Numbered from the stretch's first letter, positions 38,698 through 47,752 are shown. The stretch: 58,490 nucleotides of DNA from an uncultured Methanosarcinales archaeon (GCA_964589485.1 CAZPRK010000003.1:62001-120490); one strand, 5' to 3'. Notes: generated by a model not told the origin, from the letters alone. A program made the numbers and translations.

Positions 38698-40857
38698 ATG
38701 AAATCCTTAGAAGTATCTCAAGAAAACGGTGAGTATTCCATAGAATCTAAACCTCATTTATTTGATGGTGAAAAAATATTTTTCCATAAAGAACAAGAAC
38801 ATCTTGGAAGAAAAAATATGGCTTATGCGAAAGAATATCTAGAAGAACACTTACCTGTTAATGAATATATGTTCACTGCTCTTTTTTTAGGCCCTAACTG
38901 GGATCGTAATCTAAATGTTTTACCAACTTTTGATCACCTCAGAAACATAGAAGGATTTATGTCAGATAATATAAATGAGATATCTAATAGAATTAAAAAG
39001 TTAATGTCAAAAGTAAATTACCCAAATATAAGCGAGGGTTATACTATCGAAGATATGAGACTGAAAATTGCAGAAACTGTTGAAAACAAATTTTCATTAT
39101 TGTTAGAAGAGGAAATCATTGAAGAATATCTTCGTGTTATTGAAACAGACTCTAGATTTCCTCAGGGTTTTTACACTTCAGGGAATAATGACGTAGGTGT
39201 AATATTAACAAAATATATGATTGGTAATATTTTAGAATTAAGTCCAGCCGAAGCTGCTACTTCTTTAACCATTCAAGATTTTAAAGATCATAAACTAAAT
39301 GATGTATTATCTCATTGTTTTAGTAGTATTGATAATGCAATTCAAGCTTGTTACGGTAAAAACTTTAATGAAGTTGAAGAAGAGGGGTATACAGAAATAT
39401 CTGCTTTATTTGGTCATTTGCCTGAAATTAAAGAAGAACCAACAGAAATTTTAAAAACTGTTGAAATTATTGAAATTCAACAATTAAAAGAAAAGTTAAG
39501 CTCTGAAAAAACATTAGATAATATCTTATCCAGTCTAACTCAAAAGAAGGCAGATATCTATGAAATAGTAACTATTTTTGATACTTTGAAAGAAGTTGGT
39601 ACTCTTCGACATAAATCTTACAAAATTATTGATACACTAAATGATTCTTTAATTGAACACTTCAATCAATTGGCTCCGTCAGATATAACCGACATAGTTG
39701 ATGTCTTATCAACTATTAATTATAAAGGTCAGGTATGGAACACTTTAGGATATAAGATTGAAGATGTAATTGGTAAATCAAATCAAAAATATAGTTCTGA
39801 CGATTTAATAAGCATAGCTAAAATAGGTGCAAAATCAAAAAGGCATGAAATATTATCATTTATTTCAAAAAAGATTACATCTGACGAATATTCTTCAGAA
39901 TTTAGCACAAAAAAAATAGTTAAACTAGCAGAGTTTTTTAGTAATCAATCTAGTCGAGATAAAATATTTCCTTTTATAAAAGATCAAATAATTGCTGAGA
40001 AAGAAAAATTAAATATAAAAGACATAGTTTCAGTTTCTAGTTCTTTATCTAGAGCAGGATTCGTCAATTTTGAATTTTATGAACACATAAATAATTTAAT
40101 TATCAGTGGTAAGTATGAAGGTAACCCTTCTCTAAGAGATTTAGAAGATTTGGTTTTTTCTTTTAGAAAAACAAACGATAAATTCAATTCCATGTTTGAA
40201 TTTATATCTCAACAAGTTAACAATATTATTTCTGATGAAATTCAACCAAATCAATATAATAGTTTTTCACGTATTGCGTTATCATATGCTATTTCAAACA
40301 AGAAAGATGATATTATTTTATCACATCTTGAAAAAATGGCAAAAAAAACTCACTTAGGCAATCGAAGCTTTGCTAACACAGTTTATGCATTAGCATTATT
40401 GTCTGAAAAAATACCAACTAACATGGTTGAAGCTCTTCCTAATTATGATGGGTTTAAGTCCTTTGAATTAACAAAATTAATGATGGGCTTAAGTTTAGCT
40501 GGTATAACAATTCCAGAAAATATTCAAAGACAATATAATAATTATACTGAAATAATCGATGTTGTTCAAAGTAAGAGCACTGTTTCTGAAAGAGTAGTAA
40601 GTGAATACTTAGCAAGACATACTGATGACGTAGTTGAACAAAGTGTATTTTTTAATGGTTTTGAAATGGATTTCTCAATACCTTCAAGAAAGGTAAACAT
40701 TGAAGTTGATGGACCTTATCACTCTGCCCATAGAGACAACCTTAGAGATCAATACTTTACAGAGCAAGGTTGGACAGTTTTAAGGATAAAATCATCACAA
40801 GTAGCAAACGGAGAATATAGACAAATTTTTCATAAAAAAATGCATCTATTAAATTAA
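38698..40857 (+). CDS. DUF4046-like unit + OPR/FASTK-like helical repeats + C-terminal RAP/DUF559 (PD-(D/E)xK-like) domain
   Basis: RFPQGFY...TKYMI.NIL.L....DFKDHKL..VL..CF.S...AIQACY; about 8 repeats of 36-41 aa; FNGFEMDF.IP..KVNIEVDGPYH...RD...GWTVLRI. Confidence 0.78.
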   Translation: MKSLEVSQENGEYSIESKPHLFDGEKIFFHKEQEHLGRKNMAYAKEYLEEHLPVNEYMFTALFLGPNWDRNLNVLPTFDHLRNIEGFMSDNINEISNRIKKLMSKVNYPNISEGYTIEDMRLKIAETVENKFSLLLEEEIIEEYLRVIETDSRFPQGFYTSGNNDVGVILTKYMIGNILELSPAEAATSLTIQDFKDHKLNDVLSHCFSSIDNAIQACYGKNFNEVEEEGYTEISALFGHLPEIKEEPTEILKTVEIIEIQQLKEKLSSEKTLDNILSSLTQKKADIYEIVTIFDTLKEVGTLRHKSYKIIDTLNDSLIEHFNQLAPSDITDIVDVLSTINYKGQVWNTLGYKIEDVIGKSNQKYSSDDLISIAKIGAKSKRHEILSFISKKITSDEYSSEFSTKKIVKLAEFFSNQSSRDKIFPFIKDQIIAEKEKLNIKDIVSVSSSLSRAGFVNFEFYEHINNLIISGKYEGNPSLRDLEDLVFSFRKTNDKFNSMFEFISQQVNNIISDEIQPNQYNSFSRIALSYAISNKKDDIILSHLEKMAKKTHLGNRSFANTVYALALLSEKIPTNMVEALPNYDGFKSFELTKLMMGLSLAGITIPENIQRQYNNYTEIIDVVQSKSTVSERVVSEYLARHTDDVVEQSVFFNGFEMDFSIPSRKVNIEVDGPYHSAHRDNLRDQYFTEQGWTVLRIKSSQVANGEYRQIFHKKMHLLN

Positions 40858-40942
40858 TATTAATACTTTTCTTAATATGAATAAATAAAAAAACATATCA
40901 TTTTGCATAATATTTATAAATATACTAAACCTATCAAAAATT

Positions 40943-41788
40943 ATGCAAAGAAAAGTTATTCAACAAGGAAGTGGTGGTTTTACAATATACTTGCCAAAAA
41001 AATGGATAGATAATAATAAAATTATTAGAGGGGATTTAGTCAGTATCAGAGAAGATAATAATACGCTAACTGTATCTTTGAATCAAAAAGAAAAAACTAA
41101 AAAACAATGTTCTTTACCTATTTTAAATAAAGACAAATCAAGACTAAGAACAATAATTTCATCCGCTTATAGAAGAGGTTTTGATAAAGTAATCCTAGAA
41201 TCAGAAGAAAATTTTTCCTTTGTTCAAATAAATAAGATAATCAATTCTTTACAAGGTTATGTTGTTACAGAAGAAAGTAAAAATAAGGTTATCATAGAAA
41301 ATATAATGAATGAGAAATTTGAAAATGTAGATAAAATCATCCATAGATTTTTGATGACCATCAATTATTTCATAAATGAAGTTTTAGAAAAAAAAATAAC
41401 TAGCTCTGAATTAGAAGAACTGCATTTATCCATCCTTAAATCAAGGGATTATTGTCAACGTATGATTCAAGTAAATAACTATGAAGGTGACAAAAGTTAC
41501 GAATATCATAATATTATTATGATCTTAGAAAAATTTAGTTCTGGATTTTATGAGCTTATGAAATATGACATTAAACCATCCTTAGAAATAAAAGAAATGT
41601 GCACTATTTTTAAAGAATTAACTAATACTTTAACTAAAAAAGAAATTAAAGAAGCACAAAAATTAAACAAAGATTGTGCAAAACTAAAAGATAAAATACT
41701 TTCTTCAAAAAAAGCAATTGCAATTGAGGGTAAGATAGTAACTTACTTGTTTACCTTTTCTTCAAGAATAGTTAGCGTTTTGGTATAG
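40943..41788 (+). CDS. AbrB-PhoU family (archaeal phosphate-uptake-regulator-like) protein
   Basis: RKVIQQG.GGFTIYLPKKW...I.RGD.V (AbrB domain); RTIISSAYRRGFD.+.L; degenerate PhoU helices. Confidence 0.8.
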   Translation: MQRKVIQQGSGGFTIYLPKKWIDNNKIIRGDLVSIREDNNTLTVSLNQKEKTKKQCSLPILNKDKSRLRTIISSAYRRGFDKVILESEENFSFVQINKIINSLQGYVVTEESKNKVIIENIMNEKFENVDKIIHRFLMTINYFINEVLEKKITSSELEELHLSILKSRDYCQRMIQVNNYEGDKSYEYHNIIMILEKFSSGFYELMKYDIKPSLEIKEMCTIFKELTNTLTKKEIKEAQKLNKDCAKLKDKILSSKKAIAIEGKIVTYLFTFSSRIVSVLV

Positions 41789-43091
41789 ATTCTAAATTAA
41801 TTGAATTTCTTAAAGAGTGTAAATAAGCTTCTGACTTAAATCGTTCCTTTTCTCCTTGCTTATTTGAATTTAAACTAACCCATTCTTTAAGTAAATTATA
41901 ATTTGCAACCTGTAAAACTCTATCTGTTAATTCGATTGGATCTAATTCTTGCGAAGTTTCTTCTGTAACACTTTTAACATATGTTGAAATTAATCCCTGC
42001 CACTTTTCTTTGTTATTGGGCAAGTTTAAAGCTAAAAAAGAGGCTATACTATACTCTCTTGGCATAACTTTTATTTGTTCATGATCTAATAAATATTCTC
42101 CTCCTATATTGTCAGGCTTTAAATCTCCATGACCTAATACTAAGTCATCGGATTCTATTAAAGATGAAAAAGAATCTTGCGTTTTTGAAACAGCATTTGA
42201 ATTCAATTGATTTGCCACTTTAACAGGTAATTTATCAATTAACTCAGTACTTGTTGCAAAAATTGTTTTATTAAATGATTCGATATGTTTTGTCAATGCA
42301 TCTTCTGCATAAACATGAAACATAGCTATAGCTTTCATGTAATATTCTAAAGGTTTTGCTACTACACTTTCACCTAAATCTTCTTGAATAGTAATATAAA
42401 GCTCACCAAATTTAATTGGTTCAGGAATTAAACCTTGAGGAACATATTGTCCTAAAATTTCATGTTGGCCTAAATAATAATTAGTTACTGCTTCAGTTTT
42501 CGCTTTTAACTCATCTGTTGATATTTTTAAAATATACCTTTTTCCAAAAAGCTCATCATTTATTACAAAAACTTTATTGTAAGAGGGTACTTCAACCTCT
42601 TTATGTAAACTAAGTTGCATATCATATTGTTCTTTTATTTTTAATAAAATATCAGATTCAACAAATCTGTTAAGAGTTATTTCTCTAAGGATAGTATTTA
42701 ATTCAGGTTTTTTCTTTATTTCTAAACTCCAACCCAAATCTTCAAGGGCATCTTGTTCCATTACTAACCTTAATGCAAAATCTGCAATGTCTGAATCTCT
42801 ACCACAAACATTAAGAAGAAAATCATCAAGAGTCCACTTTTCTTTTTTTAGAGTCTCAACGATTTGAATAGCTTTTTCATAAGACTCAATACTTCCATTA
42901 AATTGTTTCCCCCAACCTAATTTTTTAGGAACTTCAGAACCAAGTAATTTTTGAACAAATAAATAAGCTGCTCCCATATCTGAACGAGTATATTTTTCTG
43001 CAAAATTTTTGTACCCATCTATACCCCTACCACACTCTAAAACTTTTTCTCTATTAGATGTATTAGCAATATTTTCTAGATTGTCACTCAT
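41772..43091 (-). CDS. APH/protein-kinase-like phosphotransferase with a ~150-aa N-terminal extension
   Basis: SYNKVF, YILKI..E, IAMFH, catalytic HGDLKPDNI, metal-binding LLDHE. Confidence 0.8.
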   Translation of the reverse strand: MSDNLENIANTSNREKVLECGRGIDGYKNFAEKYTRSDMGAAYLFVQKLLGSEVPKKLGWGKQFNGSIESYEKAIQIVETLKKEKWTLDDFLLNVCGRDSDIADFALRLVMEQDALEDLGWSLEIKKKPELNTILREITLNRFVESDILLKIKEQYDMQLSLHKEVEVPSYNKVFVINDELFGKRYILKISTDELKAKTEAVTNYYLGQHEILGQYVPQGLIPEPIKFGELYITIQEDLGESVVAKPLEYYMKAIAMFHVYAEDALTKHIESFNKTIFATSTELIDKLPVKVANQLNSNAVSKTQDSFSSLIESDDLVLGHGDLKPDNIGGEYLLDHEQIKVMPREYSIASFLALNLPNNKEKWQGLISTYVKSVTEETSQELDPIELTDRVLQVANYNLLKEWVSLNSNKQGEKERFKSEAYLHSLRNSINLESIPKR

Positions 43092-43233
43092 CTTTCTTAA
43101 CTCTCCTACAGAAATCTTTTACGGCGTTTTCTATTAAATGGCTCTTATTCCTGAATTTATCAGAATTTCTTAGAACATCTCTCAATAAGAATATAGTCTC
43201 ATCTTCTACTGTAACACTAATACGATTCTTCAT
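43084..43233 (-). CDS. 49-aa ribbon-helix-helix (CopG/NikR-like) protein
   Basis: Below the ORF-track cutoff. MKNRISVTVEDETIFLLRDVLRNSDKFRNKSHLIENAVKDF...; overlaps the kinase start; TATA at 43254-43263. Confidence 0.85.
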   Translation of the reverse strand: MKNRISVTVEDETIFLLRDVLRNSDKFRNKSHLIENAVKDFCRRVKKDE

Positions 43234-43301
43234 TGTATTACTTGATATTACTTATATATAAATGTTATTGTTTTTTAGCTACTTAGCAGTAGTTTAACTA
43301 T

Positions 43302-43682
43302 TTAGATTTCATAAACTTGAGGAAAATTAGCTACCATATATTTTGTTTGTTCTAGATTTAAATTAACTAATACATATCCTATTTTTCGAAGAATATGTGT
43401 TCTTCCAGTTAAATCCAATTCATTTTGTGCACTTAAATCTAACCTTTTATTATCAATTCTCTTAATAGCATCAACTAAATTATCATTTAAAGGGTCTGAA
43501 GTTTTACTTAACAAAATAATTTCGTTAGAGTACTTTGATTCAATATATTGAATGGATCCAAAATAAATACCTTCTCTCCAATTAACAAACACACCTGTCG
43601 GTTCCGGATTATTTTTTACATTACTTAATTGTTCATTAAATAAAAGTGTCTGTGCTTCTAAATTCCAATCTTTATTATTCAT
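43302..43682 (-). CDS. Hypothetical protein
   Basis: 126-aa ORF with an ATG start and AT-rich promoter; no recognised motif. Confidence 0.6.
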   Translation of the reverse strand: MNNKDWNLEAQTLLFNEQLSNVKNNPEPTGVFVNWREGIYFGSIQYIESKYSNEIILLSKTSDPLNDNLVDAIKRIDNKRLDLSAQNELDLTGRTHILRKIGYVLVNLNLEQTKYMVANFPQVYEI

Positions 43683-43781
43683 TCAATATTAAAATTTTCT
43701 TAATAATAAAAAATTATTCATACTTAATGATATGATAATAATATGTTACACTTTATAACTAAACTTTTCTATAACTTTCAT

Positions 43782-43961
43782 ATGGAAACAAAATGGATAA
43801 TATTAGGGCTAAGTTTGTTAACTTCTTCAATTTGTGGAACTTACGTAGCTAGTAATCATATTTTAACAAACCTTGCTTTAAAAAATAAAACAGAAAATAA
43901 AGAGAAAACTGCAGTTTTACTAGGGTATCAAACTTGGTCGGAGAGGTTTGATTGTAAATAA
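43782..43961 (+). CDS. Short membrane-anchored ORF, possibly a truncated remnant
   Basis: METKWIILGLSLLTSSICG signal/TM; ends abruptly where the convergent HNH gene ends. Confidence 0.4.
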   Translation: METKWIILGLSLLTSSICGTYVASNHILTNLALKNKTENKEKTAVLLGYQTWSERFDCK

Positions 43962-43967
43962 AGGCTA

Positions 43968-44384
43968 TTACTTATTTGCCCCTGTTAAGAGTTTTGATCC
44001 TTGAAAATTAAAAATACCTATTTTCCAATAAAGAAGTCCGTTAAAACCTAATATAATTATTGCTATGAAGCCAATTCCTCTGTCATCTATATCATAAAAT
44101 GATGCCCATAATAAAAATAAAGCAATCATAACATTAATTTGTAATGCTGTTTTAATATTTTTAATTCGTCTTTCCAATAATTCATGGTCTTTAGGGTGAA
44201 CCATGACCAAATTATCGTGCCTATAATTATCTTTATTTCCATCTAAATGATGTATATGGTTTGTTTTTGAATAATCTTCTCCATACTTCTTCTTCGCTGT
44301 TTTTATATGACAAAGAGCATGAGAATCTTTATAGCAAGGATAACCTTTATCGTTGTAATATGTTGTTTCATCTCTTTCTTTCAT
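43968..44384 (-). CDS. HNH endonuclease with two C-terminal TM helices
   Basis: HIHHLDGNKDNYRHDNLVMVHPKDH; hydrophobic INVMIALFLLWASF and IGFIAIIILGFNGLLYW. Confidence 0.8.
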   Translation of the reverse strand: MKERDETTYYNDKGYPCYKDSHALCHIKTAKKKYGEDYSKTNHIHHLDGNKDNYRHDNLVMVHPKDHELLERRIKNIKTALQINVMIALFLLWASFYDIDDRGIGFIAIIILGFNGLLYWKIGIFNFQGSKLLTGANK

Positions 44385-44490
44385 TTTGTGAAATAAACTA
44401 ATTTAATATTTAAATATTCCTTTACTGTGCTTTATAAAAAATGATAATATCTTTGAATAAATCGCAAATAAAAAATTAGATTAATAATAA

Positions 44491-45120
44491 TTATATGTTT
44501 AAATCAATGCTATTAATGTTCATTAAACTTTTATCTAATTCATTTTTTAAAATTGGGTACTTAGTTAATAATTTCTCTTTTTCTTCTATGGTTAAATGAT
44601 ATGCTCCAGAACTACCTACTTTATAAAACATCCAAAAGTTGTTCTTTTGTATTTTTTTTGAAAATTTATCAACATAATTTAAAAAAATAATTAGATTATA
44701 TCCAATATCTTCTTTTTTTAATACAATTTTGTTTCCATTTTTCATATAAAAGTCAGAAGGAATATTTAATTTAAATGCTTTATTAAAAAAAACTTCTGGA
44801 TAAATCTCATTTGCAATTGTTTTATCCATAATTAATTCCATTTTACCTTGTGGACTTGAATTTACTGCAAAAACTTTTATATGAATATTAGTAGCTATGC
44901 CTTTTCCAAAATTCTTGAATAGCATGAGTAGATTAATTTTCAACTCAGAATTGTCTAATATTTCTCCACTAAGTTTTACCTCGTTTAAACTTAAAATTGG
45001 CTTCTGAAATGGTTTTATTGCTTTAGAAGTATCATAATGAATATATATTGCTGCAATAATACTTATTCCTGCCATTACAACACTGAAGATTGCAGTTAAA
45101 TTTTCTATATTTATTTGCAT
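44491..45120 (-). CDS. Hypothetical protein with an N-terminal TM and a beta-rich domain
   Basis: LTAIFSVVMAGISIIAAIYI; ...QKPIL...FKNFGKGIATNI. Confidence 0.65.
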   Translation of the reverse strand: MQINIENLTAIFSVVMAGISIIAAIYIHYDTSKAIKPFQKPILSLNEVKLSGEILDNSELKINLLMLFKNFGKGIATNIHIKVFAVNSSPQGKMELIMDKTIANEIYPEVFFNKAFKLNIPSDFYMKNGNKIVLKKEDIGYNLIIFLNYVDKFSKKIQKNNFWMFYKVGSSGAYHLTIEEKEKLLTKYPILKNELDKSLMNINSIDLNI

Positions 45121-45279
45121 ATTTAATTAAAAGTATAAAAATTATAAATATAATTCTGTTTTTTAATATATAGCTTAATGGTCTACTTAAAAATTAATGG
45201 TTTAATATAAATGAAAATTTTAATACATTTAATACAGAAACTCGGTTTTTGTACGTATTTTGATATACAATACAGACCA

Positions 45280-45368
45280 GAACTTGGAGTTCAACGCCCC
45301 TATATAGGAGATTTGAACTTGAAGTTCAACGCCACCCCGAGTGAGCGTAGAACATGAAGTAAAACGCT
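45280..45368. repeat. Three 19-bp partly palindromic direct repeats with an exact 35-bp period at the tRNA-Ser 3' end
   Basis: GAACTTGGAGTTCAACGCC (45280), GAACTTGAAGTTCAACGCC (45315), GAACATGAAGTAAAACGCT (45350); unrelated 16-nt spacers. Confidence 0.7.
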
Positions 45369-45448
45369 GCGGCCCGGATTTGAACCGGGATATCCGTGAA
45401 GAAACCAGCTCTCAAGGCTAGCGCAGTACCAGGTTGTGCCACCGCAGC
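45365..45448 (-). tRNA. tRNA-Ser(TGA)
   Basis: GCTGCGG/CCGCAGC+G, anticodon stem CTAGC/GCTGG with loop CT-TGA-GA, long variable arm, T arm CCCGG-TTCAAAT-CCGGG; no intron. Confidence 0.93.
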
Positions 45449-45529
45449 ATATAATTAAAAAAATTAAGTATTAGTTATTTAAATTTAACGGAAATAAAAC
45501 TTAAATATAACTACTTTTTAAAATAAAAA

Positions 45530-46141
45530 ATGATTACTTTAAGAGAATATAGAAGTGAAGATCAGAAAACCTTACTTGAGATATGCGCAGATTCTATAGG
45601 AATTTCTTTCGATAAACAAAAGTTAGGAAATTTTATATTAGGCGAATTTTTTAAAGCTCCAGAATATATACAAATAGCGGAAGAAAATAAAAAAAATATA
45701 GGTTTTATATGTGCAACATCTAAAATTACTACAATATTTGAAAATAGATTAGAATTAATTATTGATACAGTATTGAAACATTTGAGAGATAAACATGAAT
45801 TAGATAATAAAGATTTTGCAGAATGGTTTGTAAATAAAGCTTATTGGGAAATACCTAAAGCTCCAGAAAAAGGTGCTAAATTCACAGTTTTTACAGATAA
45901 TAATTATGCAGGTGAATTATTAATTGAAGATTATCTTAAAGATATGAGCATCAAATTAGTTATGAGTAAAGTAGATTTCATTTATACAAGATATTTATCT
46001 CAATCAAGCAAACTGAAACCTTTTCTTGCAAATCATGGTTTTTTTGTGCATGAAGTAAAAGAAACGACTTTAAAACAATCATCTTATTTGATTATTGCTG
46101 CAAGGAAAATAGAAAGTAAGTATAATGGAATTAGAGGATAA
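45530..46141 (+). CDS. GNAT-like N-acetyltransferase (divergent)
   Basis: ITLREYRSED..TL..I, IAEE..K.IGFI, F...HGF pattern; the acetyl-CoA loop is degenerate. Confidence 0.5.
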   Translation: MITLREYRSEDQKTLLEICADSIGISFDKQKLGNFILGEFFKAPEYIQIAEENKKNIGFICATSKITTIFENRLELIIDTVLKHLRDKHELDNKDFAEWFVNKAYWEIPKAPEKGAKFTVFTDNNYAGELLIEDYLKDMSIKLVMSKVDFIYTRYLSQSSKLKPFLANHGFFVHEVKETTLKQSSYLIIAARKIESKYNGIRG

Positions 46142-46216
46142 ATTAATTTTTACCATAAATCAAAAGACTTACCTAAAAAGTATATTAATAAAAAAATAAG
46201 TAATATTATTGTAATA

Positions 46217-46468
46217 TCAGTTCTTCCTTTTTTGCAACACAATAGATTTAATATCATCCATATCCCTCTTTAAATTATTCAAAGCATCTTTAGTATTTAT
46301 CTGGGCTTCTAATATATAAACTTTTTCTTCCTGTCTACTTAGATTAATATATATTTGTAAAACAATAGTAATAAAACCACTGATATAAAGAAAAGGCTCA
46401 GCTTGTCTATCTCCCTAAATTATAAATATGGTTCCCAAAATACTAAATAAAATATTATCTACATCCAT
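46217..46468 (-). pseudogene. Small two-TM/coiled-coil gene interrupted by an in-frame TAG
   Basis: MDVDNILFSILGTIFII*GDRQAEPFLYISGFITIVLQIY...LKRDMDDIKSIVLQKRKN*, with TAG at 46415-46417. An overlapping frame then encodes KKGRTDITIILLIFLLIYFLGKSFDLW. Confidence 0.45.
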
Positions 46469-46585
46469 AAAAAAGATAAAAATATATTATTTTTAAAAAT
46501 AACGGTTTATTATACTTTATTTGAAGTTAATTATAAGATTAATAAAGAAAAATTTAAAAAGAACTCTCCAAAACCTCTAAGCTAT

Positions 46586-46687
46586 GTTCCGGTGGCTCAG
46601 CGGTTAGAGCGGTCGGCTGTTAAATTAACGTTATATACGTTAGTGTAAGAAACCGACAGGTCGCCAGTTCAAATCTGGCCCGGAACG
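46586..46687 (+). tRNA. tRNA-Asn(GTT) with a 37/38 intron (46623-46651)
   Basis: GTTCCGG/CCGGAAC+G, D stem GCTC/GAGC, anticodon stem GTCGG/CCGAC, loop CT-GTT-A^A; 29-nt hairpin intron; poly-T downstream. Confidence 0.95.
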
Positions 46688-46737
46688 CTTTTTTTTTTAA
46701 CAAAACATATATAGGTTAAAACTTTTGTTTATTTTTT

Positions 46738-47253
46738 ATGTCTTTAGAAAAAATAATTAAAACAGGAGTTGCATTATTATTAACAGTAAACCTTCAAGCA
46801 AAAGTAACAGTATATAGAGACATTGAAGGGTTTTATGATGTATGTGTTCATATGGCATGTCCACCTGATAACCTAGAACAGTATAAAGCTTTAACTGATC
46901 GATGTTTTATTTATGGAAGTAAAGGAATATTAAGTCCAAAAAATATGAGAGAAATAAGTTGTGGCCCTGCTAAAGATGCTGAAGCATTTGGTTATACTAG
47001 ATTCTTTCCTTTAGAATATAAAGGAGATCCTCATATTCCTGTACAAGAAAAAACTCCAAGTAAAAGGTCATTTGAACATGCGCCTAGGAAAAGAAATTTT
47101 TATATTCAACCAGAAACTCCGCTTAAAAAAGAAGATAAAGAAGCTACTTTCTTAATTAACCTTCCATTATGGATTTACAAACATACAACTCAATTTATAG
47201 TTTTACCAATAAAACCAGTTTTAGGTGAAGAATTATTTGAATTTAAGAAATAA
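46738..47253 (+). CDS. Hypothetical secreted protein
   Basis: Signal-like KIIKTGVALLLTVNLQA; four Cys. Confidence 0.6.
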   Translation: MSLEKIIKTGVALLLTVNLQAKVTVYRDIEGFYDVCVHMACPPDNLEQYKALTDRCFIYGSKGILSPKNMREISCGPAKDAEAFGYTRFFPLEYKGDPHIPVQEKTPSKRSFEHAPRKRNFYIQPETPLKKEDKEATFLINLPLWIYKHTTQFIVLPIKPVLGEELFEFKK

Positions 47254-47752
47254 CATTAAACCTATTAGGTTCACACATTACTATCATCAATAGGTCAGGG
47301 TTACCTACTTGAGCTTTCTTTAAAGTATTCAAATCAGTTTGAGATGGGATACAACTTTTATATGGATGACTATGTAACATTATAATAGAATCACTTGAAC
47401 ATGGCTCTGAAGTTATATGACTAAAAGACTTATCAAAAAATTTAGGTTGATATAACTTAGTAACTATTGAGTTTTCACCAATTAAACATGCACTAAATTC
47501 AGTTTTTTGATTTTCAAAATAAATTTGTTCTAACTTTTCTAAAGTATTTCCTTCGAAAATTAATGTAATATTTCCAAAACTTAAAGTATTATTAACTGGC
47601 ATTTCACTTACTAACATTCCTTGTAATATATTTCCTATAGGGTAAGATACAAAAGAAAATGAAACCATTAGAAAAATTAAGAATAAGCTAATAAATAAAA
47701 TTACTATTTTATACCAAATAGAAGGTTTTTCTTCTTCATGTTCTTCTTCCAT
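47243..47752 (-). CDS. Membrane-anchored JAMM/MPN+ metalloprotease
   Basis: N-terminal TM; E (TEFSACL) followed by HSH-x7-SxxD (HSHPYKSCIPSQTD). Confidence 0.8.
   Translation of the reverse strand: MEEEHEEEKPSIWYKIVILFISLFLIFLMVSFSFVSYPIGNILQGMLVSEMPVNNTLSFGNITLIFEGNTLEKLEQIYFENQKTEFSACLIGENSIVTKLYQPKFFDKSFSHITSEPCSSDSIIMLHSHPYKSCIPSQTDLNTLKKAQVGNPDLLMIVMCEPNRFNVIS

Noticed and set aside
45280..45368. Possible CRISPR array
   Set aside because: Only three units, 19-bp repeats, 16-nt spacers and no cas genes; kept as an unexplained repeat instead.
46415..46417. In-frame TAG as possible recoding (pyrrolysine or alternative code)
   Set aside because: TAG serves as a normal stop elsewhere (e.g. 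12413, 17829, 21201); a point mutation is simpler.
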